46,617 nt of DNA from Lama guanicoe. Taxonomy: Eukaryota. The notes under the pieces are model-generated. The model was not told where the DNA came from. It saw only the letters and a list, made by a program, of their open reading frames with translations, and made no database searches. The stretch lies in contig PNXV01003397.1 in NCBI GenBank assembly GCA_013239625.1, forward strand, positions 1 to 46,617, read 5' to 3'. This document shows, piece after piece, positions 24,201-37,043 of the stretch. Positions within the stretch are counted from its first letter, which is position 1. The number at the start of each line of letters is the position of its first letter. The translations under genes and the position numbers were made by a program.

Positions 24201-25250
24201 GGAGCAGGTTGAGCTTCTGCAGGGGAGCAGAGGGCTGGGAAGGCAGGGGGCAGCCCCAGGAGCTCCAGGGAGCAGGTTGAGCTTCTGCAGGGGAGCAGAG
24301 GGCTGGGAAGGCAGGGGGCAGCCCCAGGAGCTCCAGGGAGCAGGTTGAGCTTCTGCAGGGGAGCAGAGGGCTGGGAAGGCAGGGGGCAGCCCCAGGAGCT
24401 CCAGGGAGCAGGTTGAGCTTCTGCAGGGGAGCAGAGGGCTGGGAAGGCAGGGGGCAGCCCCAGGAGCTCCAGGGAGCAGGTTGAGCTTCTGCAGGGGAGC
24501 AGAGGGCTGGGAAGGCAGGGGGCAGCCCCAGGAGCTCCAGGGAGCAGGTTGAGCTTCTGCAGGGGAGCAGAGGGCTGGGAAGGCAGGGGGCAGCCCCAGG
24601 AGCTCCAGGGAGCAGGTTGAGCTTCTGCAGGGGAGCAGAGGGCTGGGAAGGCAGGGGGCAGCCCCAGGAGCTCCAGGGAGCAGGTTGAGCTTCTGCAGGG
24701 GAGCAGAGGGCTGGGAAGGCAGGGGGCAGCCCCAGGAGCTCCAGGGAGCAGGTTGAGCTTCTGCAGGGGAGCAGAGGGCTGGGAAGGCAGGGGGCAGCCC
24801 CAGGAGCTCCAGGGAGCAGGTTGAGCTTCTGCAGGGGAGCAGAGGGCTGGGAAGGCAGGGGGCAGCCCCAGGAGCTCCAGGGAGCAGGTTGAGCTTCTGC
24901 AGGGGAGCAGAGGGCTGGGAAGGCAGGGGGCAGCCCCAGGAGCTCCAGGGAGCAGGTTGAGCTTCTGCAGGGGAGCAGAGGGCTGGGAAGGCAGGGGGCA
25001 GCCCCAGGAGCTCCAGGGAGCAGGTTGAGCTTCTGCAGGGGAGCAGAGGGCTGGGAAGGCAGGGGGCAGCCCCAGGAGCTCCAGGGAGCAGGTTGAGCTT
25101 CTGCAGGGGAGCAGAGGGCTGGGAAGGCAGGGGGCAGCCCCAGGGGCTCCAGGGCACAGGTTGAGCTTCTGCAGGGGAACAGAGGGCTGGGAAGTTAGGG
25201 CGCAGCCCCTGGGGATTCATTGTGCAATCAGTGCTGTCACCTGTAGGCTG
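21300..25250 (+). repeat. Switch region S-gamma of IgG1a: ~16 perfect 67-bp units (~21341-22428) and ~34 perfect 68-bp units (~22836-25144)
   Basis: G-rich non-template strand with AGCT AID hotspots; ORF starts recur every 67 bp; lines 22861 and 23881 (1020 bp = 15 x 68) identical. Confidence 0.93.
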
Positions 25251-26287
25251 GGGGCAGCCAGGTACAGGACTACCCTGAAGAGCTCCAAGGAGCTAGTAGA
25301 ACTTGAATTGGTGAACAGGGGGATGGGAGGGCAGAAGGCAGCCTAAAGTGGTCCAGGAAGCCAGTTGTAATTGAGAGAATGAGCAAGGGCTCCGCATGAC
25401 TGCAGGGCTCCCCTGTAGCTAGCGGATTAAAGCCCGGACCTAAGGTACAGCCAAACGTGGAGCTGAGCCAGGGTGACGGCTGTGGGGATGGCCAGACGGG
25501 CCACGGCTGCTCTTGAACAGTGTCTCCTGGGACAAGGGTCTCAGAGGCTTCCAGTGAGCAGGGGGCTAAGGTCAGAGGACAGGGACCTGGGAGCAACGAG
25601 CTGGGGTGGCGTCAGGGGCCCCGGTTGGAGGGGTTAGTGAGCTGAGGGGCTCCAGCTGGAGGACCAGAAGAGGGACCGGAGCTCCCCGAGGCACAGACTC
25701 GGCAGCCTGGCTGAGGCCACAGGGATGAAAGGGGAGGGGCCAAGGAGGTGACCTGCAGGGCCAGGGTCCAAGGGGGCCATTGTTCAGGGGGGCCAGGGCC
25801 CAGGGCCCAGGTGCTCTGCATGCAAAGCTGACCCAGAACACATGGGCCCGGAGGGCAAAGAACAGGCCAGGCATGGGGCCACAAGCAGGCTTCTGGGTGG
25901 TGGAGGACCACCACGTCAAGGAGAGGCCCGCTCACCTAGGGCAGGGCCAGGCTAGGACAGCAGGACGGTGAGCTCAGGGGACCAGCGGATGCTGGCCGTG
26001 AGTACGCAGCACTAGTCAGGACTCAGACACAGGGCTCAGTCAGGCCAGGCACTTGCAGGAGGTTACGGACAAGGGGGGCTATCAGCCAGGTGATCACCCA
26101 GCTCTGACCCACAGATGCAGAGGCACAAGGCCCCAGGTGGTGAGGGCCCTGCCGGCCAGCTGGTTTGCAGACATTCTGGAAGCACGTGGGCACGGGCTCA
26201 AGGGTGCCCAGACCTGAGCTCGTGAGACCCTGCCCGGACCCTCCCAGGGGTGAAGCCCTGGTGGTCACATGGCCTACTTTCTTGCAG

Positions 26288-26581
26288 CCTCCACCAAGGC
26301 CCCATCGGTCTATCCTCTGACTGCTAGATGCGGGGACACGCCTGGCTCCACAGTGGCCTTCGGCTGCCTGGTCTGGGGCTACATCCCTGAGCCGGTGACG
26401 GTGACGTGGAACTCGGACGCCCTGTCCAGCGGCGTCCACACCTTCCCATCAGTCTTCATGTCCTCGGGGCTCTACACCCTCAGCAGCTTGGTGACACTGC
26501 CCGCCAGCAGCTCGACCGGCAAGACCTTCATCTGCAACGTAGCCCACCCGGCCAGCAGCACCAAGGTGGACAAGCGTGTGG
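26288..26581 (+). CDS. IGHG1A: IgG1a CH1 exon, intact ([32 protein letters not shown]...KVDKRV)
   Basis: 294 bp, open frame, canonical donor G|GTAAGT; conventional H2L2 antibody. Confidence 0.96.
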
Positions 26582-26896
26582 GTAAGTGCACAGGCCTCAG
26601 GGAGGACATCCACTCCCACACAGGACCGAGGTCAGCCCTCCTCCCGGCTCGAACCACATGCCAGTATGGCGACCTCTGTCCAGGGTATCAGAGGAGGAGC
26701 GGTCTCCTCGCCTGGAGGCCTCCCAGGCTATGGGAGGGGACCTCTGGGTGTTTCTATCAGGTCCAAGGTGGGCACAGGCTGCACAACGCTACCGCACATA
26801 GCTGGTGCTGGACCTGCCAAAATCCGTCCCTGCCCTATGCCCGCCCCAACAGACCTGCCCCCTCACCCAGAAACCTCCTGTCTGCTTTCTTTGCAG

Positions 26897-26953
26897 AACT
26901 CAAGACACCCCAACCTCAATCCCAACCAGAATGCCGGTGTCCCAAATGTCCAG
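26897..26953 (+). CDS. IGHG1A: IgG1a hinge exon [19 protein letters not shown] (19 aa)
   Basis: 57-bp AG/GT-bounded exon; matches the camelid IgG1a hinge. Confidence 0.95.
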
Positions 26954-27077
26954 GTGAGTCAGACAAGCCACTCCCTCTTTAACAAAGAGGTGACCACAGC
27001 CCTGGCATGCTGGTAATACGTGTGCCCTGGAGAACACTGGCCCAGGTGCTAACAGCCCACCCTGTCTTCCCTGCCAG

Positions 27078-27407
27078 CCCCTGAGCTCCTGGGAGGGCCC
27101 TCAGTCTTCATCTTCCCCCCGAAACCCAAGGACGTCCTCTCCATTTCTGGGAGGCCCGAGGTCATGTGCGTTGTGGTAGACGTGGGCCAGGAAGACCCCG
27201 AGGTCAGTTTCAACTGGTACATTGCTGGCGCTGAGGTGCGAACGGCCAACACGAGGCCAAAAGAGGAACAGTTCAACAGCACGTACCGCGTGGTCAGCGT
27301 CCTGCCCATCCAGCACCAGGACTGGCTGACGGGGAAGGAATTCAAGTGCAAGGTCAACAATAAAGCTCTCCCAGCCCCCATCGAGAGGACCATCTCCAAG
27401 GCCAAAG
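27078..27407 (+). CDS. IGHG1A: IgG1a CH2 exon
   Basis: 330 bp; [18 protein letters not shown]...QFNSTY...ISKAK. Confidence 0.96.
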
Positions 27408-27490
27408 GTGGGACGGACAACGGGCGCGGGAGGGTCCTGTGGGGCTGCTTGGAGCGACCATCGTGCTCACAGACACACCTGTCCCCACAG

Positions 27491-27819
27491 GGCAGACCCG
27501 GGAGCCGCAGGTGTACACCCTGGCCCCACACCGGGAAGAGCTGGCCAAGGACACCGTGAGTGTAACATGCCTGGTCAAAGACTTCTACCCAGTTGACATC
27601 AACATTGAGTGGCAGAGGAACGGGCAGCCAGAGTCAGAGGGCACCTACGCCACCACGCCGCCACAGCTGGACAACGACGGGACCTACTTCCTCTACAGCA
27701 AGCTCTCGGTGGGAAAGAACACGTGGCAGCGGGGAGAAACCTTCACCTGTGTGGTGATGCACGAGGCCCTGCCCAACCACTACACCCAGAAATCTATCAC
27801 CCAGTCTTCGGGTAAATGA
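27491..27819 (+). CDS. IGHG1A: IgG1a CH3-secretory exon ([11 protein letters not shown]...SITQSSGK*)
   Basis: 329 bp including stop; in frame with CH2. Confidence 0.96.
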
Positions 27820-27923
27820 GCCTCACCCCGGCACCCCAGCGAACCCCCCTCCCCGAGGCTCCCAGGCTCCCGCGTGGAGGCCTGAGCCCCACCCCTGTGT
27901 ACATACCTCCCGGGCCAGCATGA

Positions 27924-27929
27924 AATAAA
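27924..27929 (+). terminator. Secreted-form poly(A) signal of IgG1a
   Basis: AATAAA ~105 bp after the stop. Confidence 0.85.
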
Positions 27930-29245
27930 ACACCCAGGGCCTCCCTGGGGCCCTGCAGCAATGTCATGGTTCTTTCCGAGCAGAGCTCCGGCGCCCGCCG
28001 GGCCTGCGGGAGGCGGGGGTAGGCCAGGCTCTAAGGACAAACTTGGTGCCATCATGGGACTGAGGATGACCCAAAGCAAGGGATGGGATCTGCCAGAGGC
28101 AGCAGATCCCTAGGGTCCAGCGTCCGGCCAGCACCTGCTCAGGTTGGAGTGTGCAGAGGGGACTGGTAGAGCCTCCCAGGGACCCTCACGGAAATGAGTG
28201 CACGGTTCTTCCCACCTCTGTCAAAGCCCAACTGTGGGACAGTGGCAGGTCCTTGTCCCCGCAGTTCCCGTCCCCGGGGCCTCGAGGACCAACATGCTGA
28301 CACCCTGTCAACATGGGATCCACGCCAGGCCAGCAATGGGGGCACAGGCCTCCTGCTCGCAGGACGCACGGGGATCAGGCCCCACATTCCCGCAGGCAAG
28401 GTTCTCGGGCCAGAACGGTACACTCGAGGGGACATTCACCTAGACCCATAGGAAACAAGCCTTCTCATGGAGCACAACAGCCTGCACACCCCTCGTCCTC
28501 CTGCATACTCACGCACACTCATTTCCTGTGCAACTGCACAAAGCGCTGAACCACAAAAGTGCACACAGGCCAGCCTTGCTCACTGGGTCCTCAACGGGGT
28601 ACCCGCCCGGGGCCAGACCGGAGCCTGCAGCCGGGTCTCATGAACCCTCTGTGGACAACAGCTTGGTCCCCACTCCTCAAAGCCCCAGCAGCACAGACCA
28701 CACTCTGACCACACTGGTCAGCTCAGACCCCCACCCCTCCTCTCCCCAGAACACCTGCACCCCCTCCTCAACACACAGAGACCCAACACCCCACTGGTCC
28801 CTAGCACGCCGACCCCACCCCCTTGGGCACACAAGGACACCCCAAGGTTGCCTCCGCCCTTCCCTGCAGTAGGACCCACCACAGCCCTGCTCTGCAGACC
28901 CTGCCTTCTAGGCCTGGCCTCCAGTGGGAGGGAAGGCAGGGGTCAGGGCACCCTCCCCGCAGAGGACCCCATGAAAGGCACAGCAGAGGAGAGGATAGGG
29001 GCCCCCACTGACCAGGCCGAGATCTGGGCCCAAGGAGTCCGGCCAAGACTGAGGCCCAAGCTGGAGGAATGGGGGACACGAGGTCGCTGCCCAGGGACTG
29101 ACCTAAGGGAACCATTGATCCAGCCCCCCAGGGGGATCCTAGTGCCCCACCCGCCCTGTCACAGAGGGACCCACCCCAGGCGCCACTGACCCTGCCCTGG
29201 CACGTGACGGGCAGCCACAGAGCTGAACACCCCCTCCCTGTCCAG

Positions 29246-29379
29246 AGCCACTCCTGGAGGAGGAGAGCTGTGCCGAGGCCCAGAGCGGGGAGCTGGACGG
29301 GCTGTGGACCACCATCTCCATCTTCATCACCCTCTTCCTGCTCAGCGTGTGCTACAGCGCCACAGTGACCCTCTTCAAG
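29246..29379 (+). CDS. IGHG1A: IgG1a membrane exon M1
   Basis: Identical to 4571-4704. Confidence 0.93.
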
Positions 29380-29727
29380 GTGGGCGGGCCAGGCCAGCGG
29401 TGCCTGCTGTCCCCACACGGTGCCCGCACAGTCCGCCTTCCCTGTCCCCTTCCTGTCCCCTCACAGTCCCGTCACTGTCTCCTCACTCTCCCCTCTTGTC
29501 CTCTCTGTCCACTGTCTGTCCTCCTCTGTCTCTCCAGTCCATTCTATTCTCTCACTGTCCCTCTATGTCCTGGTCGGGACCTCGCTGTCCGCGGCTGTGC
29601 CCATGTAGTCCTCGCGCCACCCCACCTGAGCACACTTGCGGCCGGCAGTCCCAGGGCTGGGAGGCCAGGTCCCTGGGGGAAGCTGGCATGGGGGCCCCGG
29701 CTGTGCTCACACCCGCCGTCCCTGCAG

Positions 29728-29811
29728 GTGAAGTGGATCTTCTCCTCGGTGTTGGAGCTGAAGCAGACGATCGTCCCAGACTACAGAAACATGATCGGGC
29801 AGGGGGCCTAG
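29728..29811 (+). CDS. IGHG1A: IgG1a membrane exon M2 (DYRNM tail)
   Basis: Identical to 5053-5136. Confidence 0.93.
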   Translation: MKWIFSSVLELKQTIVPDYRNMIGQGA

Positions 29812-30815
29812 CGTGTCCTCTGGGGGTGTCCACGGCCACCACAGGCCCCAGAGGTACCCCGTTCATCACTCCGAGCTGCTCAGCCACTACTCCGCCCGCT
29901 GCCCTGCCAGTTCTGAGCTCTCGGCCATGCTCACCCGCACCTCCATCCTCCGACCTCGCGGCCACCACCGACCACACCCTGCACATTGCTCACGTTCAGG
30001 GGCCAGCTGGGCAGCAGGTGCTACCACCAACCTGAGCTTAGGGGTCTGCCTGTCCTCACCGGGAGTGCCCGGGGCACCCTCAGGTTCCCTTGGATGAGCA
30101 GGAGGCTGGCATCCCGGGGCAGTGGGCAGGGATAGCTCTGTGGACACCATCAGATTGGTCATCAAGCAGGGTCCCCAAGGGGAGGTGCCTGTGTCAGATC
30201 CTTGGTGGGAACATATGCAGCCCTGGCCAACGTCTCGCAGCAGGGAAGCTTCTGGATGTGCCACCAACGGTCAGCCAAGTACTCAGCTCTGAGAAGGGCC
30301 TGGGCCCATGGCCCCTACAGGAGCCAGGCCTGCCAGGAACGGCAGTGAGGTCTCCCCACTCCAGCTTCCCAGAGACGGAACTGGTGACCGGGTCCCCCAG
30401 GGGCAGGACACAGCCTCGCTGGACACAGCAAGAGGGACACTGGCACAACAGGGCAGTGGCCGCAGCCAGCCTGTCCCTTGGCCAGCGGCCTGAGTCACCT
30501 TCAGCAGGAGCTCCCCTGCACCGGGGGGTGGGGTGAGAGGCGACCCCGGGAGGAGGGAGCCCGACACCCCGGCGTCCCGGCCCGAGACCCCTGGGCCTCT
30601 CCTGTCTTGTCCCTGGATGGGGAGGGGCAGGCCCCACTGCCGGGTGGTGGCGGGGGAGAGGGGGCGCGCTACAGCCAGAGGTCACGCCAGGCCTGGCTTG
30701 GGGAGCTGTGCATCCTTTCTAAACGTCTGGAGCCCATGAACTTTCTGCGCTGTTTCTCTTTGGTTTGGGTTTTTGTTGCGAGACTCTGGCTTCTCATATT
30801 TTCGGTTCTCTAGAC

Positions 30816-30821
30816 AATAAA
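30816..30821 (+). terminator. Probable membrane-form poly(A) signal of IgG1a
   Basis: AATAAA, paralogue of 6141. Confidence 0.7.
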
Positions 30822-32263
30822 GCATCCTTTACCATTCCATAGCTCCCTGGCAGTCGCTCTGTGTTGCGGCCCCTCCCCTGGGGACTCCACAGCCTGGCCG
30901 CCCGCCACACCCTCCCAGCCCCAGGCCTCAGCTCTCCCCCCACCACACCCATCCCTGGGGTTCCCTGGGGGCGCGGAGTCAGCAGCAAGTCCCAGGGGTC
31001 GGACGCCTGGTCAGCACGGCTGCTGTAACACGCACCGCAGTCGGGTTGGAACCACAGAAATGATTGTCTCCCGTCCTGGAGCAGCACGTCCCAGCTCGAG
31101 GAGCGTGAAGGCCACTGTGCCCACCGGCTGCCAAGGCTGCAGGGACGCAGTCAGGACTCGGTCCTCCGGGGAGGCCAGACCCTGAGCTCCAGGCCCTCCT
31201 GGTGGCTCCATCTCAAAGGAACAGTCTCAGGTCCCGGGCTGTAGGAGACACAGCACTCCCCAGAGGGCAGACACAGGATCCACAGCTGTCTGCCCTTCGC
31301 AGGAAATGCTCCAGGAAACGGAGGCCAGTGCCTGGTCAGGGCTGGCTCTGCTGGGCGGTCCAGGCCAGCGCTACAGGAGAGCTCAGTCATCCACGGGACG
31401 CGGCCCTGGGCGGCTGGACATTGTCCAAGTGTCTGTGTGAGCCTTTCAGTGTGTCAGGGAAGAGGGGGCGAAATCAACGTGCCGAGTCTGTGCCTCCACG
31501 GCCCCAGGGGAGGCCAGCAGGACAGGCTCCTGGAGGGGAGCTGGGACCAGCACTGAGTGGAAAGGGCCATTCCAGCTTCCTGTGGGCACAGACAGACAGA
31601 CAGCCAGAGGAAGACAGAGAACTTCATGCAGGAAAGGGACAGCTCGCTCCAGTGGGCTCTGCACCAGAGACGGTGAGGCCATGGGGCGGGCAGCCGGGTC
31701 CAGGGGCATCGCCGGCCCTCAGGGACCCTGCCAGGCGTGAGGACACTGGGCACCCTCTGCCTCCAGGGTGCTCCGGAAGCCATCCTGGGGGTCTCCCCCA
31801 CTCGCCATTTCCCTCACACGGAACACCTAACCAACAAGCTGAACCTGCCTATGGTCCCTGCAGCATGCCCAGCCCCAGGCCCTGCCCCTCACCTCCATCC
31901 CCTGGAGCCCGGATCTGCCTCCAGCCACACATTCCCACGGGGACACCAGGACGCTCGATGCCGGGCTGGCCCCGCGGGTCCTTGAGGAGCACCAGTCCCA
32001 GAACAGCTGCCCCCCACCAGGCCTGAGGGCCCCGTCCTGACCCCGGGGCAACACCAGGCCACAGCGCGTCCCCCATGCACAGCCCCTCCTGGGACCCTGG
32101 AAGCGAAGTGGCCGACGCCTTCCCTTGAGCCCCTGTGTCAGCACCGGTGCGAGCCTGAGCTCAGCTTTCTGCTGCTCCTGACCCCTAGGGGCGCTGCCCC
32201 GGGCAATAGCTCCGACACACTCCTGTCAGTGTCTCACCTATCCGACCCGCACCCCCATCCACA

Positions 32264-32298
<35 letters not shown>

Positions 32299-34104
32299 GG
32301 GCTGCCACCCCACTGCGCTCCTGGGCCCCCACCAGGTCCCCCCTCCTCCCGCACTCCAAGGGGAACGCCTGCCGGTCTGAGCTTTGAAAACCTGGATTGC
32401 TGTCCGTGTGTGGTGTCCGTGGATGTGGAGAAAAGAAACCCTTGTGCGCTGCTGGTGAGAACATAAGATGGCATTACCGTTGTGCAAAACGGTTTGGAAG
32501 CCCCTCAAAGACATTTCAGAAACAACTACCACACTTGCAGCAATCTCACTGCTGACAATAAACCCGAGCGAACATACAACAGGTCTTAAAGAGGCACTTG
32601 AACACCCACTTCACAGCAACTCCGTTGACAAGACCTACCACGAGGCACGAACTCGAGTGTCCTTCCGGGGATGGACAGATGAGCACGATGTGGGCTGAGC
32701 GTACAATGGAACAGTACTGCCCCGAGAAAGAAGAACACTCTGACGTGTGTGACAGCACGGGGGCACCTGGAGGACATCGGAACGCGTACCGTGAGCCGCG
32801 GGCAAGACGGTGAATCGTGTGCGATTCCACTCGGGTGAGCGATTAGGAGTGGCCGCATTCACAGAAGGAGAAAACACAGAAGTGGTTGCAGCCGGGGGAG
32901 AACGGGGGGTTGTTGTTTACGGGCATAGGGTTTCACACGTAAAGATGGGAAGAGTTATGGAGACACGGGCGGTCGTGACTGCACTTTATGAATGCATTTG
33001 CTGTCCCCAAAACCCGGAGAAAGGCTTAACATGGTACACTTTCTTGGGGGCAAGTCCTATTCTTTTAAACGGGAGAAATCTAACCCGTTAAATAAAATCT
33101 GAAAGCCTTCAGGAAGACCTGGAGCCCGTGTCTCTCCCTGTGGAAGAAACCGGTGGCAGCAGGAGAAATCTAACCCGTTAAATAAAATCTGAAAGCCTTC
33201 AGGAAGACCTGGGGCCCGTGTCTCTCCCTGTGGAAGAAACCGGTGGCAGCAGGATGGAGCTGCACACCTGCCTGGCCCAGGGCTGGACCCCTGCGGAGGC
33301 CGGCGGGCGCCGGAGGAGCAGCTTCTCCACACTGACGGCGTGAGGGTGCCGGTCAGTGACAACGTGCACGGCTGTAGCAGAGCCCCCCAGCCAAGGGACT
33401 GCTCCTTCAGTTTGCTCTCCAACAGGTGTAAACTTCTCTTCTGGACAACCCTAACCTAGAGACACACGAAGGGAAGGGAACGCTAAGAAAGCTGCTCACG
33501 GCTTAGCTAACCTGACGTAGAACAAGAACAGCACAACCCACTGCTTGTCGGCCACCGTGCACCACGTTAAGCTTCCCGATTAAAAGGCAGCAATACACTT
33601 TGTGTTTCCACCTAATGCAGGGGAATTACCTCAGATGTAATATAAAAATGCCAACCCTCCTCCAAGAAAGGCTTCAACTCCCATTGCCCACCTTACGTAC
33701 CTTCGGCTGATGTTCACGTCTCGTGTTGATGAATAACCTCCGCCTTGGGTGTCCTGCAGCTTATACGCTGAGGTATGTAGCATCACCTCTAACACGTCCT
33801 TTGTCACACGGTGGGGGGGGGGGTGGACGGAACAGGTTGGTTATGAGAGGAGGAGACGGAGACGGTGGAGTAGAAGGACACAGAGCACATTCACATTACA
33901 TCTACATGTGGACCACGTCTCACTGGAGAAAAATGGAGACTGGCAGAGAGACTCCTGTACAGCCAAGGCGCTGAAGAAAGGTCCACGAGGAGTCACGTAG
34001 GGAGGGAAGAGAGGTACTCGGTTTGGAACGCAGCCTCGGGGAGGGGACCCGGGACAGGGGGACACGTCATGGGCACGCAGGTCTTCCCTGGGGAGTGGGC
34101 AGCG

Positions 34105-35935
34105 TGAGAGCGTTAGTAATATGAATGCTAACCAAGTTAGGGAAAAGGACACATGAAAACAGTTTGAACCTTTACAGGGACCTGGAAAATATAAAAAGAG
34201 AACCACTCACCAGAGGGGTACGATGGCTAAAACTTAAAACACTGGAAGGGGCGAACAGGGCACTAGGTGGCACCGGAGACCCCACGCGACCTGGAAGACA
34301 GAACCATGGGAATTACCCAGTCAGAACTACAAAAGGAAAAACAACTTTTTTAACACTGAGAGCAGTTGACGGAATCTATGGAACGACATCAACTGTCCTA
34401 ACTTCGGCATGATCGGGGTCCCAGAAGCAGAAGGGAGAGAGAGAGAAGTTGAAAATGTACTTAGTGAAATTATGGCAAAAACTCACCAACCATGAAGAAA
34501 GAGAGACATTTCCAGGCGTAGGAATCACACAGTCCCAAACAAACACAACCCAGAGAGACCCACACCAAGACACGTCACAATTAAGTTGGCAAAAGTTAAG
34601 GATAAAGAGAGGATTCTGAAGACAGAAAGAGAACAACAGAGTCACGTACAAGGAGCTGCCACAAAGTTAACAGCTGATTTTTCTGCAGAAACTCTGCAGA
34701 CCAGACGGGAGAGGCATGATCTATACAAATGCTGAATGCCAAAAACCTACAACCTAGGAGACGTCACCCCGCAAGATTGTGGTTTAGACCTGAAGGAGAG
34801 ACAAGAACTTCTCAGGCAAGCAGACCCTGGAGCAGTTCATCAACCCCCAGAGACATGTCAACGGTCTTCCTGGAGGGGAGCACACAGGCTATTGCAAGAC
34901 GCAAGAATTTACAGCAAAGGCAAATCCCGCTAAAAGGCAAATTAAAGCCTGAGGTCATCAGCTAAATAAGCAAAAGATTAAAAGATACATTACGTAAAAT
35001 TAACTGTGACTGCAGTAAACAGCAGTTCACAGGAAGAAGCAAAATATAACATCAAAAATAACGGGGGGCGTCACAGAGGGAACTAAAAAAAACAGACAGG
35101 TGAAAAGCTGCTCACATTCCTAATCGTTAGGGAAATGTAAATCAAACCCAAAAGGAGATGTCACCACAAAGACTGCAAGTAAGAAATATTGGTGAAGAGA
35201 TGGGGTAGACGGAGCCCTGGTCGCTGGTCGCAGGAGTGCAAGCGGGTGCAGCCTCTGGGGAAAACAGCAAGGAGTATCCTCAGAAAAACTAAAGAAACAA
35301 CTATCACACGGTCCAGCAATTCCACTCCCGCCTGTACATCCGAAGGAAACAAAAACAAGAATTTGCAAAGATACATGCACCCCAAGGTACATAGCAACCG
35401 TATGAACAAGAGTCAGCATACGGAAGCAACACAGGTGTCTGTCGGCAGAACAATGGATAAAGGTGGTACGATGGATACACACGACGCAATAATGCTCAGC
35501 CGTGCAGAAGATTGATTTCCGCCGTTTGTGACATTGGTGGTTCTCTGCAGTAGGAGGCTTAGTGAAGTCAGTCAGACAAAGGCAAATGCTCTAGGATATC
35601 ACTTGTATGTGGAATCTAAACATTAATAGAAGTGAGTAAATATAACAACAGGAAAACAGACACACAGATAGACAGATCAAATTAGTGGTTACCCGTGTGG
35701 AGAGGAGAGGGGGAAGGGGCTACGTAAGGACAGGGAATTAAGAAATACCAACTACTATGTATAAAATCCATAGGCTACTAGGACTATTGCACAGCACAGG
35801 GAGTATAGTCAGTGCTTCTAATAACTTCAAGTGGAATGTACTCTCTAAAAGTATTCAATCACCATTTTGTATGTTGTCCACCCGAAACTAATATAACTTT
35901 CTCAGTGAAGTGTATTTAACTTAAATCTATGTATA
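34105..35935 (+). mobile_element. Degenerate LINE-1 (copy of 9430-11260)
   Basis: Inside the duplicated block. Confidence 0.72.
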
Positions 35936-36929
35936 TACACAAATTCATATCAAAATAAGGAACCATCTTCAAATTCCACCCACCACACTTGGGATCAATC
36001 ATGCTTCTCTGTGGGGCGTGACTCCAAGACATTGGGCCAAGAAGAGTACTCAGGTTACGAAGATGGACATGGCTCCTGCCCCGAGACACACGAGGTCTTG
36101 GGACGCTGGTCCAGGCTGCGTTCTTCCTCTGAAACTACCTTGCGTTCCACAGGGCCCATTTGCTGTCCATGAGGCCTTTTCCACGTCAGGCAATGGCTGA
36201 GCCATGTGTGTACCCAAGGCCTTCCAGGCCGCTGTCCGTGGTCCTGACGCGGACTAGCAGGCTGTTTCAGCTACTGTCCATGGTCCTGCTTCTGCTGCTC
36301 TGCACGGAGTAATGATATTTTTAGATTAAACAGACTTTGCCCTTTTAGGGTAGTTTCAGGCTAACAGAAAGTCCACAGAGCTCCATAAATTCCAGTGCCC
36401 CACACATACACCCAGTTTCACCTGTTGTGAATATCTTGCTCCAGTGTGCTACATTTGTCAGAAGTGATGAACCAAGTTAATACATTATGATTAACTGAAG
36501 TCCATAGGCAACACCATGGCTCACTATTATCTGCACAATTCTATGAGTTTTGACAAATGCATGGTGTCATTTGCATCCAGAGGCCCCGAGGCTGCTGTCC
36601 ATGGAACTGCCTTGATCAGGTTCACTGTTCAGGCTGCTGCCCATCGGTCCACCATTTCAGCAACACACAGTACAATTTCACTGCCTTGAAGACCCCCTGT
36701 ACCTCACCGCCTCATTCCCCACCCCTCCCACACAAACTCCTGGCAGCCACTCGCCTTCTCATTGTCTCCATAGGTGAGCTCCTTCAAATACCGTGTAGTA
36801 GGAATCTCACAGCGAGCATAACCTTCTCCGGTTGGCCCCTTTCACTTAGCAATGCGCATTTTCATTTCCCCATGTCCTTTTGTGCCTCAATGGCTCATTT
36901 CTTCTTCGTTTTTAATGGTCGTTTCTTAC

Positions 36930-37043
36930 TTTGGGGGACTATGGGAGGGTAATTAGTTTTCCTTCATGGAGATACTGGGGATTGAACCAAGGACCTCATG
37001 CATGCTAAGCACACGCTCTATCATTGATCAATACCCTCCCCCC
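36930..37043 (-). mobile_element. tRNA-derived SINE (Vic-1-like), copy of 12255-12368
   Basis: Inside the duplicated block. Confidence 0.72.

Noticed and set aside
17371..25144. CRISPR-like appearance of the regular arrays
   Set aside because: No unique spacers, no cas genes, mammalian locus
21007..25220. 410-801-aa minus-strand Pro/Ala/Leu-rich ORFs and repeated 65-aa plus-strand ORFs
   Set aside because: Artefacts of the switch-region tandem repeats
26269..26982. 237-aa ORF as a standalone protein
   Set aside because: It is CH1 plus read-through intron plus hinge; real expression needs VDJ splicing and the intact GT donor removes the intron
27359..27364. AATAAA inside IgG1a CH2 as a premature poly(A) site
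   Set aside because: Arises from a synonymous AAC>AAT change; no obvious GU/U-rich downstream element
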